From: Malacoraja senta | Lineage: Eukaryota | Assembly: GCA_038087875.1 (NCBI GenBank) | Contig: CM075990.1 | Coordinates: 15,996,001-16,060,000, forward strand | Direction: 5' to 3' | DNA length: 64,000 nucleotides | In this document: piece after piece, positions 26,572 through 39,400 of the stretch | How the letters are laid out: the number at the start of each line of letters is the position of its first letter | Position numbering within the stretch: the first letter of the stretch is position 1 | The notes under the pieces: model-generated | Seen by the model: only the letters and a program-made list of their open reading frames with translations | What the model was told of the DNA's origin: nothing | Database searches by the model: none | Made by a program: the position numbers and the translations under genes

Positions 26572-28118
26572 ACTAGTCTTCTCATTTGCTCAGTTCTGAT
26601 GAAGGGCTTTCAATCTGAAAAGTTAACTCTTTATCTCTGTTCACAAATGCTGCCTGGATTGTTGAGCGTTTCTGACATTTTCTGCCTTTGCATCAGATTT
26701 AAAATGATTGGGAACTGTATCACCAAAATCACCAGGAAAAACATTTCTATGCAATGATTTTGAATATAAAGCCCAATAGGCTACTGGAAACAGATCTGGA
26801 TTCATGTAAGGAAGAAGTGAAAACAAGTTCTGTAAAGACAGGGTGAATTATGTGATCCCAGTGAAAGTTACTTGGGAAAGAGCTGGAATTCCACAATAAA
26901 GGAATAGGACATCATAATACACACACGAGCAAAATGAATCCAAATTGACAAATGCAACGGCAATGGGTGACAGTGAGGTAGAGAGCTTTACATTTCAGCA
27001 TACCTTCTGGTATTTTGTGTAAGATTTGAAATGATTCTGCTGTGCATCATATATTTTGTAGTGAAGAAGCAAATGGTCAATTCTACAAAGTTTGGCATTC
27101 CAACTTGCAATAAAACTTATGAAGCAATCATTTGAAAACTAAATCTCCCTTAAGAGCTAATAAGCTGCCTTAAGAGCTTCCAACTTGAGATGTCCACCCT
27201 GGTGCCCATTGTATTTGACTTGTTTCCTTGTCAAGGAAAACTTCCAGTTCAACAGTGCCACTCACAATTTCATTAAATCATCCAAGTAGTCACTATAATC
27301 TGTCAAATTAGTTTGTTTCTTTTGCACGTCAAGGTCCCAAAAGCAGTCAGGTGTTGATGTATTTTTAGGTGTACCATTCCCACAGTACTGCACTAAAATC
27401 TCAAGCTCAAATCTCTGATGTTGAATCTGAACCAACAACTTTTCAGTAAAAGGGTGAAGTCCTAAGATAGAACCAAAAATTACACCATTTGTTGTAAAAA
27501 CAATTTAAGTCCGCGCTGGAAACTGAGAATTGGAAATGTAAGAATTGTTACGGCTTTTGGAATCTAAATTTCACCATTTTTGCTTTTATGGTGCACGTTT
27601 GTACTTCCACAGCACAACAATGTTATTTTTCATTTCATAGCAATTAATGATACTCGTATTCCCAAACCCAAGGCAGGAGGTGTGATGTGTTTTTGTAGAT
27701 ATTGCACTTTCATCGTTTCAAGTACTGAGGATAAACATCCAAATCATCAACAATTCAGATTTAGTCCAGAGAGGACAGCACCTTTTGAAGATTTAGTATC
27801 TGGTGACCAAACTGAACAACATCTCCAGAGATCTGTTGATAGTAAATATCATTACCTAGGCCAGGATGTGTTGAGCGATACAGCCAACATTCCAGGTCTG
27901 GATCAGAATGTTAATTTTACTTCAAGGAATATTCCAATTTTAATCAACTCGTAACATATCCAGAATCAATAATTTTTCAATGTTGGGGAAAAAAGGAAAA
28001 TTTCAAATAACCTATCATTTAAAAATCGTACAAAATGTAATGAAGCACTCACAGGATTAAGAGATATTTGCAATACATGGCAGTGCATAAAACAACTCTG
28101 TACAAGGGCAAAATTCAC

Positions 28119-28349
28119 CTGTCGAGCCTGGTAGTACTCCCGCAGCAACTGATCTCTCTGGATGATAGCTTCTGTTCTTTCTTTCCTAGCAACATCTCTC
28201 TCTTCTTTCACAGTCTCAATATCTTTACAAGCCTGATCAAGCTCCTTTTGAGCTTCTGCTTTGTCCTTCACTTCATGGCAGTATTTCTCCAGCAGTTCAT
28301 TCCTCTCACAGATAGCATGATCTCGCTCTACCAACGCAGAATGAAGCTC
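28119..28349 (-). CDS. DLG5: DLG5 additional coiled-coil exon, ELHSALVERDHAICERNELLEKYCHE...LLREYYQARQ
   Basis: tttcag|GAGCTT...CGACAG|gtgaat; 231 bp symmetric phase 0-0; ERD/heptad pattern like the neighbouring exons. Confidence 0.88.
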
Positions 28350-31057
28350 CTGAAATTTAGTTGCAACACAAGTGATGTCACCATTTTCATCAACATGAGA
28401 AAAGCACTCTCTCACATTCTGCTCCCATTTTGAATCCAGGAGCAATTTTACTTCTGGAAAATTAGGGCTGCAACATATATGTAACAGAATGTTTTAATTT
28501 TAAACATTGCATTTATATAAACTGTTGGGAAGACCTTATATTATGCCCTTTTCTCCATTTTCCAAGGAGCACACATCACAAAGGTATTAGTGCTCCCTTG
28601 CCAGCAAGTAATGACATTAGTTACTCAAAAACTGAACTCTTCCATTGTGACATCTATTTTGTTTGGTCCCAATGATGCAGATTTATTAATTCGTTTCATC
28701 TGTTGCATTTTCATAAAGAAAACACCAATTTCATGCAAACCAAATGAAAATAAAAGCTGCTCCAAATGACAAAAATCTGAATACAAACAGAAAATGCTCA
28801 GCAGGTCAGGCGGTATCTGTGGAAAGAGAAACAGTATTAACCTTCCAGGGCCAGGACTCTTCATATCAGCAACAGTGTTTCCAGCATTTAAAAAAAAAAA
28901 TTTAGCTTGTGTCTATTGTTCCTGGTTGAGAGGGTAGAGTGGGTGGAGGGAGAGGTGGAGATAGTAGTGAGGACATTCTCCCTGCCTCATTACTGTTATA
29001 TTGGTGGCAACAGCGCATTTGCTGACACGTTGTCATGATTGGTGTGACCTTGCTCTGGATTCTTCTGTGATCACCACAGCTGACACACAAAACTCAGCAA
29101 ATTGTGAGCAAGTTCCCACATTTTGTTGCCAAGTGCTCTAGTGGAATCAAAATATCTTCCCTTAAAGCATATGTTTTTAATCTTTTGATCAATAAAAGTA
29201 TTCAAGCAGTGGGATGCCGTATGACTGTCAGGATAATTAGAAGCACACTGTATCTTAAATATTCAACAGGCATTAGGAGGTTTGAATGATATGGATAATA
29301 AATGGAAATTTGACATACTACAGGAAACTAATTGAACTTATCTCATTGAAACTCATCCTGGCTCAAACAAAAAAGATTATCTTATTTCCAGGACCTTAAA
29401 GTACCCCTCACGCATGCCTCCTGAATACAGAGTATTCACTGAATACAAATCTGATTGTCAAAGACCAGCTAATAAAGTGATGTGATGGTGTAGGAGCAAG
29501 GAGGGACATGCAAATACAATAAGGTTATCTCCTACTACCTTGAGTATTAGAAAGGCGTTATATAAATCCCATCCATTATTATTATTATTATTATTATCAA
29601 CTGGAAGTAGATATCTTGTTGTTGCAAAACCCATGTACATGTGATGAATTCCAGCAGGACAAACATCAGGAGCTTTCTCCTTGGTGCAATGTTACCTGCT
29701 TCATCAGGTCACGATCCATCCTATCTTCCCCAAAGTTGTGATATGTGAACTGAAGTCATGTAATATGGTAATTGGAAATTTTTGGTCCAATTCGGCTCAA
29801 AAATACAACTCTTTCTTATAAAACCAAAGTAATCACTGTTAAAAGAATGACCTGACATAACAGAGGAATAGTTTATGAAAGGCATTTTCTAGGCTGAGAA
29901 ATAAAAAATCATGAAATAATCCATGCCTATCAGCTTAATCAACTCTCCAATCTAAAGAAAATGGGGGAATTGAATAGAGTAGGTATTTAGAACTTGACCT
30001 GATCCAAATGACCATAATCTAATGATTGTACTCTATGTACATTTGTCAATGAGTTTTGGAATAAGAAAAATTATAGTGTCTCACATTGTTTTGCTCACAA
30101 TTGACAACATTATTAAACCATATTGATGCTTTCAACGATTCTATTATACAGTTCTCAACCTACACCAATGGCCCATTTCAACAATGTTACGCTAGCCGGT
30201 TTCTGATTATGGAGGCTAAAAGATCAATAATCTTGTGAGTGTAATGATGGCTAATGTCAGAAAGAGTATATGTTCAATTTGCTGATTTGGAACTCAAGAA
30301 TGTTACTTTTATTTGGGCTTGCCTTCTTGATACTGCTTTGCTTCCCTTGTATCTTTGAAAATACCACCCATAATGAAGAATATTGTTCCACCCAAAATGT
30401 TTGTCTTAGAACAGAAACTGCATTGCAGCTGCTCACCAGGTGAAGGAATGGAAAAAGAAACCATCCATGCCCACCTCTCAAAAAACTGAATGAAGACAAC
30501 TATACATTAACCATATATAATTTTAATTTTATTTCTTGATTCAATTTGGGAGTGCTTTAATTCTGATAATTTTAATTACCAGAAAAAGCTAGAGATGCAT
30601 CATTTTTTCATTCTATAATGTAACTAAATTAAAATCGGAAATAAACTGAGACACCAATTCACATCTAACTTCATTGTTTCTTCAATAAAATCTTCAAGAA
30701 CACATTATTTTCTGTCATGATTTTGCGCATGTTTTTGTTCTTTATACTCAATTAAAACACTGACCAACGCAATCCACAGACAAATGCAATTGGACAGTCG
30801 TTTGTGTTTGTATTTTGATCCAGAAATCTCACAGAATTAGCAGTTCGAAGCTCCTTCCTGCAGCTGGCAATAGTGACACCAGCGAGTACCCAATCCTGAG
30901 TACCCAAACATGTTCCCTTTTGAAGTTCATAATACAATTTTCAGAGAAACTCGTGTGAATAATTTGTAGGCAATGGGAAAACGGAGAACATCAGAGATAA
31001 GGGATTCCACGGTGCTAAAATACTAGAAAAGCAGTAAAAGGAATTATTGGGTCTCAC

Positions 31058-31370
31058 CTGTCTAAGGGCTTCAAGTTCTTCACCAGCCACTTTTCTCTCT
31101 GAAGAGGTGTTTTTCAGATGACCCTGTGCCAACTCCAGTTCCGTCTGCAGTTTATCAATCTCTTTATGCACCTGGTCTCTTTCGCTCATGACCAGTCGAT
31201 ATTCATTCAGCACAGTATCCCTTTCTTCCTTGTATTTCTCTGCATCCTTCATTGCTTTCAGCTGCAACGTCTTGTATCTAGTCACCTCCGTTTGCAATCG
31301 TTCCATTTCCCTCTGGAGCTCTTTGTTCTGTACTGTTGCTTTACTTAATTCATGCTGTATTGAATCATAT
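31058..31370 (-). CDS. DLG5: DLG5 exon, YDSIQHELSKATVQNKELQREMERLQ...EELEALRQ
   Basis: ctaaag|ATATGAT...AGACAG|gtgaga; 313 bp, phase 2-0. Confidence 0.95.
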
Positions 31371-32379
31371 CTTTAGAAACAATATAAAAATCTATAAATT
31401 AATTGCAATTAATGTTGATTCAGCAAAAACCAAATAATTTAGCTAATTAAACTTAAATGCTTCTTTACAATTACTCTGCAAAAGCCAACTTGACAGTATT
31501 TTTTACTATGTGAAGACATTTAATGTTGGACAGTTTTAAAGTAAAAGTCTTTATACTGCCTGAACAAAAATCAATTCTCATTCATATACTTGGTATGACA
31601 CAGTCGTTATGGCGAATAGCTTTCAAGCTATGTTTCTCGAATTCAAAGAAAAATAATCAGATTTAAACTGGGGAGGGGGAAAATGGGGGAGTTTTAAAAA
31701 CTGCTTAAATTCTGTCTTTCCAAACAACATTTGAATTGCAATATAGAAGGTTAATGGATGCCCAATCAGCTTTAGCCTTATCTGGAAATTTCTCTCCCTC
31801 ACTAAAAGTCTAACGCTTAATAAACCTGCATAGAAAAGGCAGCAGCGGACAAGATTGGAACACATCAGTCCCACTTTAGCACTTGCCACACATTAAATAT
31901 CAAATGTTCATTTTGGTGTAAAATCTATAGTGTTGCATTTCGCAGTTACATAGTTTAATTTTCACTTTTGGAGATTTGCATTATGTTAGCAAATTAAAGG
32001 GATGTTGTCCGAGGCATAAAACCTCTGGCAGATTTATTAGAAATGCCAGACTATTTCTAAATTTAATAGAATAAGAGATAAAGTGGAAGATATATCAGAA
32101 GCTTAAAAGGCTAACGTTTAATAAGTTGCATAACACATTATAGAGATGTCCCTTGGCATAGACATGATGGGCAAAAGGGACTTGTTTTGTGTTAAGTTCA
32201 ACATTAATACTAAATAAAGTATTTAGCCAAGAACAGGTAACAATGGACGGGTGTTACCTGATAAAGATAATATTTGGAACCAACGTGCCCCCCAACCTCC
32301 TTCCAATCTTTGACATCGTTCTCCCTTCCTAGAGATTCCTTTACTTAACATATCTAAAACAAATGTCGTTATAACATTT

Positions 32380-33100
32380 ATATTGGAGTATATATTGTTT
32401 GAGTTCTGGTCACCACACATAATGTATGTGATTATGCTGGAGTTTCAGGAGTTTCACCAGGATGTTGTCGGGATGCAAGGGCTAGCATTATGAGAGAAAG
32501 GATAGGATGGGTTCATCTTTCCCAGAGTAAAGGAGGCCGATGAGTGACCTGACGGAAGTATACAAGATCATGAGAGGCCTAGATAGAGGAGATAAGAATA
32601 TTTTCCCCATGGTGTGGTGTCTAAACGAAGAGGGCATAAGTTTCATGTGCAAAGGAGTTTCAAAAAGGATCTGAGCGGTACGATTTCCCCCCATAAAGAG
32701 TGGCTGATATCTGGAATGCATTGTCAAAGGGATAGATAAAGGGTCTGTCCCACTTTCACAACCTAATTCACAACCTTTTTTACTCGTGGACATTTTTCAT
32801 CATGTTGAAAAAACGCCCCGACCTACTTGATGCCACAAGTACCAACGACTAGCATCACGACCTACCTACGACCTCGTGACGACCATGCTGCGAGTATGAG
32901 TCAAGGGCAAACTCGGCAGAGGTTGCGAATTAGGTCGTGAAAGTGGGACAGGCCCTTGAGATAATATTTAAGAGGAATTAATAGCCAAGACATAAAAGTA
33001 TTGGACTCAATGTGGGCAAACGGGATTAGTATAAAGGGGTACAATGGTCAGCATGGCTGGGGCGTGATGGGTCCATTTTTGTGCTACATAACTCTATGAA
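32380..33100 (+). mobile_element. Degenerate CR1 3' fragment; similar short CR1 ends at ~785-960, 6780-6900, 19140-19280, 21690-21960, 38760-39740, 52745-52910, 58460-58675
   Basis: Similarity by eye to the 16420-17725 copy (GGGGTTATGGGGAGAAGGCAGG, AATGGCCTA.TCCTGC). Confidence 0.75.
32740..32956. mobile_element. PIF/Harbinger-type MITE inserted in an old CR1 fragment
   Basis: TAA|AGGGTCTGTCCCACTTTCAC...GTGAAAGTGGGACAGGCCCT|TGA; same terminal motif as the 36064 element. Confidence 0.85.
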
Positions 33101-33203
33101 GGTGACTAAAAGAAAACGGTTCTATAACTCTGACTTCTCAACAATCCGATTGGATTCAATCCCAGAATCGTATTATAACCCGTGTGTCCGGGTAGCCCTT
33201 CAC

Positions 33204-33475
33204 CTTTTCAGTGTAGATAAATATTGTTGCTGGACAGATGTTTTCTCCACAACAGCAGCATCTGTTTGCTTCATGAGCATCTCATTCTGTTTCTGAAATC
33301 GTCGATTATCCTCGTCCACCCGCTCCAAGCGGCTGAGGTCAGTGTTGTGGTTGGCAACCTTCTCATTGTACCGCTTTCTCAGAGCATCATAATCTTTCTT
33401 TAAGCCTTCTAATTTATCCATGGCAGTATCATATAATTTATTTAGAATCTCAGATGAGCCATTTTCCCTCATAAC
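33204..33475 (-). CDS. DLG5: DLG5 exon, VMRENGSSEILNKLYDTAMDKLE...YLSTLKR
   Basis: ttgcag|GTTATG...CTGAAAAG|gtgaag; 272 bp, phase 0-2. Confidence 0.95.
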
Positions 33476-33656
33476 CTGCAAAGCAAAAAAATATATTTAA
33501 ATTAATCTACTCTGGTCTAAATCTTGAGATCATTCTAATCTACTCTGGTCTAAATCTTGAGATTTCTAATCACGTTTTACTCCTTTTTGCTCCTGATTTG
33601 CTGAACTTCAAAGAGTTTCTAATGGTTTAAGAAGGAACTGCAGATGCTGGAAAATC

Positions 33657-33813
33657 GAAGGTAGACAAAAGTGCTGGAGAAACTCAGCGGGTGCAGCAGC
33701 ATCTATGGAGCGAAGGAAATAGGCAACGTTTCGGGCCGAAACGTTGCCTATTTCCTTCGCTCCATAGATGCTGCTGCACCCGCTGATTTTCTCCAGCACT
33801 TTTGTCTACCTTC
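33657..33813. repeat. Near-perfect ~155-bp palindrome formed by fold-back of the Penelope-type repeat
   Basis: GAAGGTAGACAAAAGTGCTGG...AACGTTTCGG-G-CCGAAACGTT...CCAGCACTTTTGTCTACCTTC; flanking direct repeat CTTCAAAGAGTTT. Confidence 0.9.
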
Positions 33814-36063
33814 AAAGAGTTTGTTACTTATTTCCTATATTACAAGAAGCAGAATATATTCTTCATAAAAATTAACACATTTATGTCAGATTTTAATTGT
33901 GCAATGGGAGATTATATAATGAAATATTATATAATGGAAATTAAGTACATTTCTTGCAGCTCCACACCTATATAAAAGTTTTTCTTGGAACGGTAAAGTG
34001 ATACTCACTAAAATAAAACTAAATCCTCCTTAAGACAAACTTTTAATGCGAACTTTTCCTTTTGGTCTCAGGAGTCTGTCATAGGTGTCCTTAATATGCA
34101 GTTGTTCCAGGGATAAGTGAATGGGCCGTGAGGTGGCATCTGTTGCAGCAGTAGATGAATTGCAGTGGATCATAGCTGTCAGGGAGACTGCATGCGCACC
34201 ATGATTAGTCTCGCGAAGCATTTCACGATGGTGGATATTGGAGCCATCGGACGATCGTCAGTAGGGCATGCTACCTTTTCTTTGGCATTAGGATGATAGC
34301 AGTCTTCTTCGGGTAGGTTGGAACCTCACAATGAGTAGGGAAAGGTTAAATCTGCCCATGTGTAGTTCTGCCAGCTGTTCCGTGCATTTCTTATAATGCG
34401 AGGTTTCTTAGGAACACAACTACTATGTTATAGTAGAAATTTCTACACAATCATATTTGAACCTCAATTTTAATCCTATTTTTGATTGATTCTCTTGCCT
34501 TTCAATTCCTTGCAAAGCAAAAGTAAATTTGCGAGCACAATCTTGTGTTTAATTGATAACTGAGCATTTGCAGCCATTTTAGAAAGATATTTCCAAAGAT
34601 AACAAAGAATCACAATCCTTATTTTAGTTCTGGATGGCTAGCCTTTGACCTTGAGACTCTCCATCCAGGTGAAACAGAGGATTCAGCTTGACAATTCCTC
34701 CCAGACTCCTTTGACTCAATGACATGTTCAAGAAGGAACTGCAGATGCTGGAAAATCGAAGGTAGACAAAATTGCTGGAGAAACTCAGCGGGTGCGGCAG
34801 CATTTATGGTGCGAAGGAAATAGGCAACGTTTCGGGCCGAAACCCTTCTTCAGATTCAATGACATCACTTGCCATACTTCCAAACTTCAGATAATATCGA
34901 GTAGGAAAGAACTGCAGATGCTAGTTTACAAAGATAGACACAAAATGATGGAGTAACTCAGTTACCGCTGAGTTACATCAACATTTTGTGTTTATTTTCA
35001 GATAATACAGGCCAATCCTACCGACTCTCTCCTTTATCTGGCAATGTCGCTCAGCTCAAAAGCAGTTATCCACTCTTTGTTGGAGAATAGACCCTGCTCA
35101 CCACATGCATTTTACTGCTCAAACCCACTGAAAGAAGGAAAAAATGCAGCTATGCTCGCTGCAATTAATGATGAAAGGATAAGGCTTTATGATGATCTTA
35201 TAATGGTATATCTACACAAAAAGAATTTACTACATGGTTTTGAAAAATAATCCACATCCTGCAATGTTTTTCTGCTGCAAATGAAAGGAGTCTTTCATCC
35301 TGTTTTAGCTCTGAGCAGTGAAAACCTCACCCAAAGTGTGAACACATATGAAAAATTATAGAATAAAGCATCAACTTTCAACACCTGGTCATGAAAATAG
35401 CAGAGATATCACTCTTAAACTAATGAGGAAATCTCTGCATAGTATGGTTTGTTACTTATATAAATAAATCAGAGTGATCACTGTTCAGTACTTGTTAGGA
35501 GTAATGCAAAGCTCACAATCAAATGAACTGTTGGAAAATGGGATGAATGTAGATGAGCAAAAAGATCAGCATAGATGAAGAGGACTAAAGGGCTTGTTTC
35601 TGTGTCGTGCACACTGCGACTTTATGCAAGTCACTCAAAGAAAAGTTTAAGAAAAACTACCCAAATGTAATAATTTTCAAACTTGAGTTTGTTGCTATTG
35701 TCTCAAGACTAGCCTACCTGTTCTCTTCTGTTCATGAGATGTCTTGCACTTCCGATCTCCTATCTGACTATTTAAAGTGAACATTTGCAAATAGAGGCAT
35801 TCACAGAAAGCCAACTGGCATATCAGCTTCCAACAGCATGTACTGGCACAGTACAACACTGTTTAAAAGATTCTTCAATTTTAAAAATCACATTAAAATG
35901 GTTTTTTTTTCTTTTGCACTGAATAAGCTACATTCTACATTCAATGAGGTGCGCACCAACTTAGCGTGTTTAAATCTAAGAAAGCCAGTGCAATATAAAG
36001 TAGACAACATTTGATTTTTGTTGTAGTTACTTGAAACTTAATTAAAGATTTGCATTTACTTAA

Positions 36064-36448
36064 AGGGCCTGTCCCACGGGCATGCGACTCCATGCGGCAA
36101 GCGCGACCTAACCGCAAGCGGGGGCCGCATCGACGGCCGTGCGCACCGCCTCTACGCCGGACGCAGCCGCCTCGATGCCGTGCGCACCGCCTCGACGCCG
36201 GACACAGCCGCCTCGAGGCCGTGCGCACCGCCTCAACGGCCGTGCGCACCGCCTCGCCGCCGTACGCACCGTCTTGACGTCACTCGACCTCCGCGCGGCC
36301 CCCGCTTCCGATTTGGTAGCGCTTGCCGCATGCAGCCGCATGCCCGTGGGACCAGCCCTGTGCGAGGATCACTCGACCTCCGCGCGGCCCCCGCTTGCGG
36401 TTAGGTCGCGCTTGCCGCATGGAGTCGCATGCCCGTGGGACAGGCCCT
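36064..36448. mobile_element. PIF/Harbinger-type MITE with ~65-bp TIRs and an internal GC-rich minisatellite
   Basis: TAA|AGGGCCTGTCCCACGGG...CCCGTGGGACAGGCCCT|TAA; ~21-bp GCCGTGCGCACCGCCTC units. Confidence 0.9.
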
Positions 36449-39400
36449 TAATGCTTTTCGGAATCACAGGATCAAAGTGCTTTCCTTGCATTCAAAGTAT
36501 TTTTGAAATGCAGATTTTATTAAAGTGTCACAGATATAGTAGTAACCAATTCTGCACAGATGAAAGTCCCAAAAGCAGCAAAGTAATAATGACTATATCA
36601 TCTGTTTGAATTATGTTGATTCCATAATAATGCATGATGAACTTTTTAGGGCAAATGATTCAGCCTAATAAGTTTTGGTGCTGCTACTGACTCGTAAAGA
36701 CTCATATACAACATCTGAGTTGATAGTTTAGCATTGGGTTAAAACAAATTGGGCTGCAGAACAAAAATCAATTTGTATAAAAACCAAATCCATCTCCAAA
36801 ACCGTTTGGAGAATCAGCAGTTTTCACAATTTGCATTAGATGGTGCTACACATCTAGAAATGAGTGGAGCTGCCAACCTTCAATTATTGGAAACCAGTGT
36901 GCATCAAACATCAGAAAGAACATGCAACTGAAGCACCTAAATGACAACTTTATTGAATCAAACTGAGCATTTCATTAAACAACAGTTGTAATCATAAGTG
37001 TAGTTCTTGTGTTAGTTCAAATAGAGACTTTTACAGACATAACTGTACTGTTTGGGTGCCCTAATCACTGGGGAATCCTCAAAACTATACTACCATAACC
37101 ACCAAAGCTCAAAAGCTTTTAACATGGAACAGTACAGCATAAGAACTGTCTCTTGCCGTTAATTATATATTTTCCCATTTCATTCGGCCTCCCAAAGTGC
37201 AACACCTCACACTTGCTCGGATTAACCTCTATCCACCTGCCCATTGCTGCAGTTTATCTATATCCTGCTGTATACTTTGACAGCCTTTCTCACTGTCCAC
37301 GATCCCAGTAATTTTGGTACTATTTGCAAACCTACTAACCAACTCATTTGATATATATATATATTCCACTGAAGCTTGGCCAGGCTCATTTCAGAACACA
37401 GGACCCCCTTTTCCCCATCATTTTCCACTACCTGAATTTATCTGTATAGATGCTTGATTATGAGGAATGCATATGCACTTTGTGCTTTTTTTTTGTCATA
37501 TCATGAATGAAAGGAAATAAATGGGTCACAATAAGATAAATCACAACAGTTACAACTCTTGTAATAATGTTACTTTGCAATTAATATATACCAGATATTG
37601 TTTGACATTAGATATAATCATCCTGTTCAGCTCAACGCTGTTAGAGCTACTGGATAATGAGTCAGAATTCTTTATTTTTCTGGAAATACATTGTTCACTC
37701 CATACGTTACTCAAAATATCTGTCCCCAAAATGTGAGAATCTCTTGCAATAACTGTAACAAGCCAAAGACAATTGGTAAGCCCTCACTCCCTCCATTTCA
37801 GTTCAACATGAGCTGGATAAGCTATGTGATGTATTCCACTGACCTTCTGTTCAGGCCACAACATTCGAGTGACCAAATTATAACATTCAAAAGGATTGAT
37901 GAAAAGTGCTTTGAAACATCTCTTGTGATTCAATTTATGATCATCATAAATATAGGTTGGTTGATTTGCCTTTCTTAAAACCACATTTACTTGCATCTTA
38001 CAATTCACCTGCCATCATAATGTTTGGTAAAATCCATTTACCAAATAAAATCAATTTACACTGTGACAAATGAGTTAGAATTATTAAGAAAAACCAGTAA
38101 ATAAACCATACATCCTACTGCAATTGAAAAGCAGGAAATTCTAAACACACAATTTCAGTCTCAGAGTTGAAAAGGAAAATGTTTAGACTTTAAAAACCAA
38201 ATCTAGCTTTAGAGCACTACGTCATGCCACAGCTTGCATATTAGCTTGGAAATGCTTCTTTACATTAAAATAGTTAATAAATTACCACAGTTGAAAACAT
38301 TGTAAATTTGTTTAAAATATGTTTTAAATATGATTGCAATAAAGAAAGATTCCATTGCAGAAATAAATTAATATAATTAGGAAGCAACAAACATTTCTTG
38401 AGGGAAAAGTATTTGTAATCATCATTTATACTTCCCTGTCTTAAAGTCACGTAAAAGGACGTTCAACAACTGTTTCACACCCAAGTAACAAAACCTTTGC
38501 ATGGTAGGTTTAGTAGCTCTAATAGGCTTGGGACCAACTATAATTAAAAAAAACAGGATCTGGCAACTTAAAAACAGGAGACTCGTTTGGCCCTTTCAAT
38601 GACAACACGATTAACCTCAAATTAGATTGAAAATTATGAGCACTCAAAGGAAAGCAGAAGCAGTCTAATAAAACTTTTGGCTTCAAAATCAGAAAATGTT
38701 GGAAATACTTAGCATAGATAGCAGGCAACAATTGTGAAGGCAACAATCAAATGTGGTCAGGACATAAAGGGGATGTGAAATAGCCCTAGTCAACAGAATA
38801 AAAGAGAATTCTAAAACTTCTCAAATATATTACAAGCGAGGTAGGCAGGGAAAGAGTAGGTTCCTACAGGAATCAAAAGGCAAATCTAATGAGGAGCCAA
38901 GGGATATGTGCAGAGTCCAGAATTAATAGTTTGTATCAGTATTCACCGGGGAGAATGGAGAGTTAATGGAGGAGAATGATAATTGTCTGGAAATGTGTCT
39001 ATCAGGAAAGAGGAAATGTTACAGATATTGATGCACGTAAAGGTAGAAAATCCCAAAGGACTTGATGAAATCTTTCTTAAGGTGTAATGGGAAGCCAGGA
39101 AAGAGATTGCAAGGGCAGGGAGATTGTCGCATCAACATGAGCCATGGCTGAGGTATTGGAAGACTAGAGGATAGCTAACATTGTTTCCATAGTGAAGAAG
39201 AGCAGTAGGAAACTGCAGATCAGTGAGCCTTATGCCAGCAGAAGGGAAACTGGGGGAAACATTCATATGAATAGGATTTATGATCAAATGGAAAGGCAGG
39301 GGCTGCAAAGGTGAAGTCAACATGGTTTGGTGCATGTGAAATCTTGCCTAACAAATCTGATTGAAGTTATTTTATGGGAGGTCACTAAGAAAATTAATGA

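Noticed and set aside
33900-34440. Possible old Tigger/pogo-like DNA transposon remnant
   Set aside because: Could not define TIRs or a TSD with confidence
35941-36609. Arg/Ala/Pro-rich ORFs; internal repeats superficially CRISPR-like
   Set aside because: Translations of a MITE minisatellite; tandem units lack unique spacers and the context is eukaryotic
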